Shown here in pieces: positions 60,473-64,000 of a DNA stretch of 64,000 nt. The translations under genes and the position numbers were made by a program. Numbering within the stretch: the first letter of the stretch is position 1; each line of letters starts with the position of its first letter. This DNA comes from Nitrososphaeraceae archaeon. GTDB taxonomy: Archaea > Thermoproteota > Nitrososphaeria > Nitrososphaerales > Nitrososphaeraceae. The notes beneath the pieces are model-generated. The model worked only from the letters and a program-made list of their open reading frames with translations, ran no database searches and was not told the origin of the DNA. The stretch lies in contig JBIOZG010000012.1 in NCBI GenBank assembly GCA_044870765.1, forward strand, positions 108,093 to 172,092, in the 5' to 3' direction.

Positions 60473-60892
60473 ATGTATACAAGAACAATGACTCAAAACC
60501 AAGGTTACGTTGAGGTAGGAAAAGTAAGCGAAATTACTAATGGTCAAATGAAACATCTAGACATAAATGGAAAAGAAATAGTAATAGCCAATTTTTATGG
60601 AAAGTTTTATGCTTTTGACGAAAGATGTGGACATATGAATGCCAGACTTTCAAATGGGAATATAAATCAAAATATAGTAACGTGCCCTTTCCATGCGGCA
60701 AAGTTTGATATTACCACGGGAAAGAAAGTAGGAGAACCGGTTTTAGAAATACCTCCTGATATGGAACCCCTACCTCCAAAGTGGCAAAAATATATGGAAA
60801 ATGTTGGTAAAGAGATGTCATTTATTAAAACATATGACCAGAATACATATGAAGTTACCATTGAAGGAGATATTATAAGTATCAAAACATGA
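60473..60892 (+). CDS. Rieske [2Fe-2S] ferredoxin with Pro-rich insertion
   Basis: CGH...CPFH. Confidence 0.9.
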   Translation: MYTRTMTQNQGYVEVGKVSEITNGQMKHLDINGKEIVIANFYGKFYAFDERCGHMNARLSNGNINQNIVTCPFHAAKFDITTGKKVGEPVLEIPPDMEPLPPKWQKYMENVGKEMSFIKTYDQNTYEVTIEGDIISIKT

Positions 60893-60930
60893 CAGTTATT
60901 TTTTTATTTACATAGTCAGAATATTAAGTG

Positions 60931-60993
60931 TGAAAATTTGCTCAAAATATGGTGAGCGGAGAGAGATTTAATTTGTTAACAATGTGAGTCGTT
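60931..60993 (-). repeat. tRNA-3'-end-like att repeat, copy C
   Basis: TGAAAATTTGCTCAAAATATGGTGAGCGGAGAGAGATTTAATTTGTTAACAATGTGAGTC. Confidence 0.65.
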
Positions 60994-61206
60994 ATCAGAA
61001 GTTGTTTTTTTCAGTTACTATTTACCTTTCACGCAGATGGATGGAATAACATTTTTACATCTATGCACTTTTCAACGATATCTAATTTTATTTCGCTAGT
61101 CATTTTAGAGGTGGCCACTGAAATATCCGTCTGAAAATAGTTTCAATTAATGTTATAAATAAATCTCTTCATCTTAAAATGAGAACTGTCGTTATTTTAC
61201 CCGATT

Positions 61207-61548
61207 ATGATCAAAACCTTCTTTAACGTAAATATCATATCATTGTTAGTGTCAGAAGGTTATTACGATACAGGCTCTATTGACGGTTTTCTACAAGAAT
61301 TGGATAGAGAGAAAGCCAAGGTGGTCATCGCGAAAGAATTTAGGAAATTTAAGAAACCAACAACAGTCATAAAAGGCCTTGAGAGTATGACTGATGTTGC
61401 TTCAATAACTAAAGAATTGAAAATCAAACTTGGAGCAGGAGGTACCTATAAAAATGGATTAGTCATTTTGCAGGGTGATCATAGAAGTGCAGCCAAGGAC
61501 TTTCTCATTACAAAAGGAATTAAGGAAGACCTAATAGAAGTCAGATAA
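61207..61548 (+). CDS. sui1: Translation initiation factor SUI1/aIF1 (likely start GTG about 61249)
   Basis: RKFKKPTTVIKGL...KELKIKLGAGGTYK...LQGDHR. Confidence 0.88.
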   Translation: MIKTFFNVNIISLLVSEGYYDTGSIDGFLQELDREKAKVVIAKEFRKFKKPTTVIKGLESMTDVASITKELKIKLGAGGTYKNGLVILQGDHRSAAKDFLITKGIKEDLIEVR

Positions 61549-61811
61549 TGTCAAATTTTTGTTTTTATCTTCAATTCTTTGTTTCTGGAAATTTATGAAT
61601 TTGATTAGATATGATTGAATTGAATCATTATTTTTCTTTGTAAATTCATATGGTTTGGTACATTTTTCTTCAATGGTTCCCTCAAAACCCATGAACACCA
61701 AGAATTGCCCTCTAGCTCCATTAAATAAATAAAACTTAATTATATTCAATCCCTGTTTAAATGGCTACATGAAGCAGTGTCCAAGTTTAGATAGAGAGGC
61801 TGCAGGCGAAC

Positions 61812-62225
61812 GTGGTTGCTAACAAGAAAATTGTTAGTGTAGTAGATGACGATCTAAACACTACTGAGCTCTTTCATATTGCTTTGTCTGAAAATATTGA
61901 TGGCATTTCTGTTGTTTCTTTTAATGATCCTATCATTGCTCTAGAACACTTTGCCGCTAACAAAGATGCCTACGTCTTGGTAATTGCTGATTTGAGAATG
62001 CCTAATCTTAATGGATTAGAGCTACTGAAAAAGGTAAAGAGCTCAAATCCTAAGGTGAGGACAATATTGATGAGCGCCTATAACTTCGATGAGGATTTAT
62101 TATTCCTAAAATATATGGAAGAAGGAATAATAGATTCATCAATTGACAAACCTGTTACCATGAACAGGTTATACCAAAGGGTACTGGAACAACTGAATGC
62201 ATACGAAAAAACGGAAAGTCGTTAA
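61812..62225 (+). CDS. Stand-alone response-regulator receiver protein (paralog of 25321-25785)
   Basis: VVDDD, ADLRMPNLNG, MSAY, KP. Confidence 0.9.
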   Translation: MVANKKIVSVVDDDLNTTELFHIALSENIDGISVVSFNDPIIALEHFAANKDAYVLVIADLRMPNLNGLELLKKVKSSNPKVRTILMSAYNFDEDLLFLKYMEEGIIDSSIDKPVTMNRLYQRVLEQLNAYEKTESR

Positions 62226-62438
62226 GTGAACTGTGAGGAATGATTCTGTTTTTTTGGACGCGACATCTCGAGTGTTTCTGAATTATTCTGCATGGCCTGC
62301 GGTATTCACAATCCAGATATACGGCGCAGAAGCCATGTCCTGATTCTACTTTGTAAATTTAAAATCTCAAAATAAAGATATAACTTCTGTTATCGTATGG
62401 TTTTAGGAAGAGAACTTTTTGAAGAACGCTCATTGAAA

Positions 62439-62532
62439 CGGAAGGGATTGATATTGTTTACAATGTGAATTCTTGTACGAGTACTAAGTTTAGTGGGCCG
62501 GAAGGGATGGATGTGGAATTTCAGATGGGTCC
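62439..62532 (-). repeat. tRNA-3'-end-like att repeat, copy D (two cores)
   Basis: CGGAAGGGATT...CAATGTGAATTCTTGTACGAGTACT...TTAGTGGGCCGGAAGGGATGGATGTGGAATTTCAGATGGGTCC. Confidence 0.75.
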
Positions 62533-62601
62533 TAGTTGGAATATCTAAATTGCCTAATCCCTATTTGATCAAACGGTTAAAAATTTCTAAAATCCAGATT
62601 C

Positions 62602-62829
62602 TCAAGGGTAAGGCTGATTTTTCGTTTCAGGCAGCTCATAGGTGCTGTAATAATCCTCAAAGGTTGCCTTTACAATTTTAAATGCCAGACCTTCTTCATA
62701 CGGTCCCTTGGATATAGCTTTCAGAATACCCCGCTGAACTGATTTTAGTCTTTTCTTATCCAACATTATGTCTTGTGGAATATCGATCTTTAATTCCATT
62801 TTTAATAATATCCCTTTAGTCTTAACCAA
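62602..62829 (-). CDS. Hypothetical protein
   Basis: 75-aa ORF between repeat copies D and E. Confidence 0.5.
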   Translation of the reverse strand: MVKTKGILLKMELKIDIPQDIMLDKKRLKSVQRGILKAISKGPYEEGLAFKIVKATFEDYYSTYELPETKNQPYP

Positions 62830-63285
62830 TAATTAAATAATAAAATTGATATTTAAAAAGATGGATCTAATTTCTTTGATAATATAAGCACCGAATACGA
62901 ATCTTGTTCAGAAAAGGATTAGAGAGTAAAAAGCTGGTGAACGAGCTTCTTGCAGTCCCGAAATAAGCGCGAAAAGTGAGGCAAAAATCACAATAGAAGC
63001 TGCTCATCTTCTCCAAGACGACTAAAGTTTTTTGTCCAAAACACTTTATACAAAAGGGAACAACCTAGGTAGTATAACCATACTCCGGGAGAAATTGTAT
63101 TAAATAAAGTCTATCTAAAGCTGTGAATATCGAGTACTACCCGACCAAAAATAATATTTTTCCTAAAAATTAACTCATATAACGTGTAGCTGTTAGATGT
63201 AGACTTCAGCATACATATTGATGTGATTAGAGCGAGGATTTTTATCAACTGGTGCTATAATGTCAAGGTTGGATCTGTGATTTTG

Positions 63286-63430
63286 GCTAAAAGTCGTCAT
63301 AAAGTAATCCCTGATAAGCATTGGTAGTAACTAAAGTCGTCATAAACAGATGCGTTTATAGCTAAAAGTCGTCATAAAGTAATCCCTGATAAGCATTGGT
63401 AGTAACTAAAGTCGTCATAAACAGATGCGT
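63286..63430. repeat. Perfect 70-bp tandem duplication (75-bp period) with four internal 14-mers
   Basis: 63286-63355 is identical to 63361-63430; AAAGTCGTCATAAA at 63290, 63333, 63365, 63408. Confidence 0.9.
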
Positions 63431-63478
63431 CTATTAATTTATAATTGCCATAATTGCGATCAGATATACTAATTCACT

Positions 63479-63529
63479 CTCAAAATACGGTGGGCAGGGA
63501 GGGATGAATCTGGAATTTCAGATGGGTCC
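63479..63529 (-). repeat. tRNA-3'-end-like att repeat, copy E
   Basis: CTCAAAATACGGTGGGCAGGGAGGGATGAATCTGGAATTTCAGATGGGTCC. Confidence 0.7.
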
Positions 63530-63607
63530 AAATTATAATTTCATTTTTATGTAGAACTTTAACAGGATCTGAGACTGGACATTATTATGTTTACATCAAT
63601 CGTAGAC

Positions 63608-64000
63608 TTAGGGCTCTTGCCTTGTTTGATTAGTTACCGGCGCTCCTGTTTGATTATCTACAAGTCCATCTGTTTGATTGTCCATGGGTGGTATTCCTCC
63701 AGGTGGTATTCCTCCAGGTGGTATTCCACCTCCACTTGTTTGATTGTCTGTGGCCCCACTTGTTTGATTGTCTAGGGGCGGTATTCCTCCTCCACCTGTT
63801 TGTTCATCTCCAGGCGGCATTCCTCCTCCACCTGTTTGTTCATCTCCAGGCGGTATTCCTCCTCCAGGTATTCCTCCAGGCGGTATTCCTCCTCCACCTG
63901 TTTGTTCATCTCCAGGCGGTATTCCTCCTCCAGGTATTCCTCCTCCTGGAAGAGTTCCACCATAAGTCAAGGAATCTTCGGAAGGTGTAAATGTTAAACT
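63608..64000 (-). CDS. C-terminus of a Gly/Pro-rich repeat protein (5' end beyond window)
   Basis: Frame open to window edge; GGGIPPG(G/DEQT) and DNQT repeats. Confidence 0.65.
   Translation of the reverse strand, partial: SLTFTPSEDSLTYGGTLPGGGIPGGGIPPGDEQTGGGGIPPGGIPGGGIPPGDEQTGGGGMPPGDEQTGGGGIPPLDNQTSGATDNQTSGGGIPPGGIPPGGIPPMDNQTDGLVDNQTGAPVTNQTRQEP

Noticed and set aside
62493-62681. ORF MGRKGWMWNF... as a split-integrase C-terminal part
   Set aside because: It starts inside repeat D, is short, overlaps an opposite-strand ORF and has no R-H-x-x-R-Y catalytic motifs.
63286-63430. Possible mini-CRISPR
   Set aside because: The repeat is only 14 nt, the spacers are duplicated rather than unique, and there are no cas genes in the window.
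56150-63529. tRNA genes at the tRNA-like repeats
   Set aside because: Only the 3' ~20 nt match; no D-arm, anticodon arm or 5' acceptor strand can be folded.
63587-63997. Multiple overlapping ORFs in other frames
   Set aside because: Artefacts of the low-complexity Gly/Pro repeat.

Overview
AT-rich archaeal chromosome segment. Gene content (aCPSF1/FttA, aIF5A, rpS8e, rpL13e, archaeal AroA'/AroB', PurP, ScpA/B, MpgS, class III PhaEC, P-II, many TTG/GTG starts) points to a soil-type ammonia-oxidising archaeon (Nitrososphaeraceae); this assignment is an inference. Housekeeping blocks (about 1-18.6 kb and 27-48.5 kb) alternate with two accessory regions (about 18.6-27 kb and 48.7-64 kb) full of small secreted, zinc-finger and signalling ORFs. 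Most notable: (1) a family of same-orientation modular repeats at 56.1-63.5 kb whose core is the reverse complement of a tRNA 3' end (T-stem, acceptor arm, CCA). They separate unrelated gene sets like an att-delimited cassette array, and one copy looks like the excision product of the others. (2) An uncharacterised membrane protein with two PmoC/AmoC-like D-x3-H-x12-H metal-site motifs. (3) A second dispersed palindromic repeat family (CYGGTGGG...CCCACCRG) at 18.8-25.3 kb near an integrase remnant. (4) A PHA locus with a haloarchaeal-type PhaR and a candidate depolymerase. (5) PIP-box-like tails on a radical SAM protein and DUF72 proteins. No rRNA or CRISPR array was found. All protein calls come from motif recognition by eye; no searches were run.
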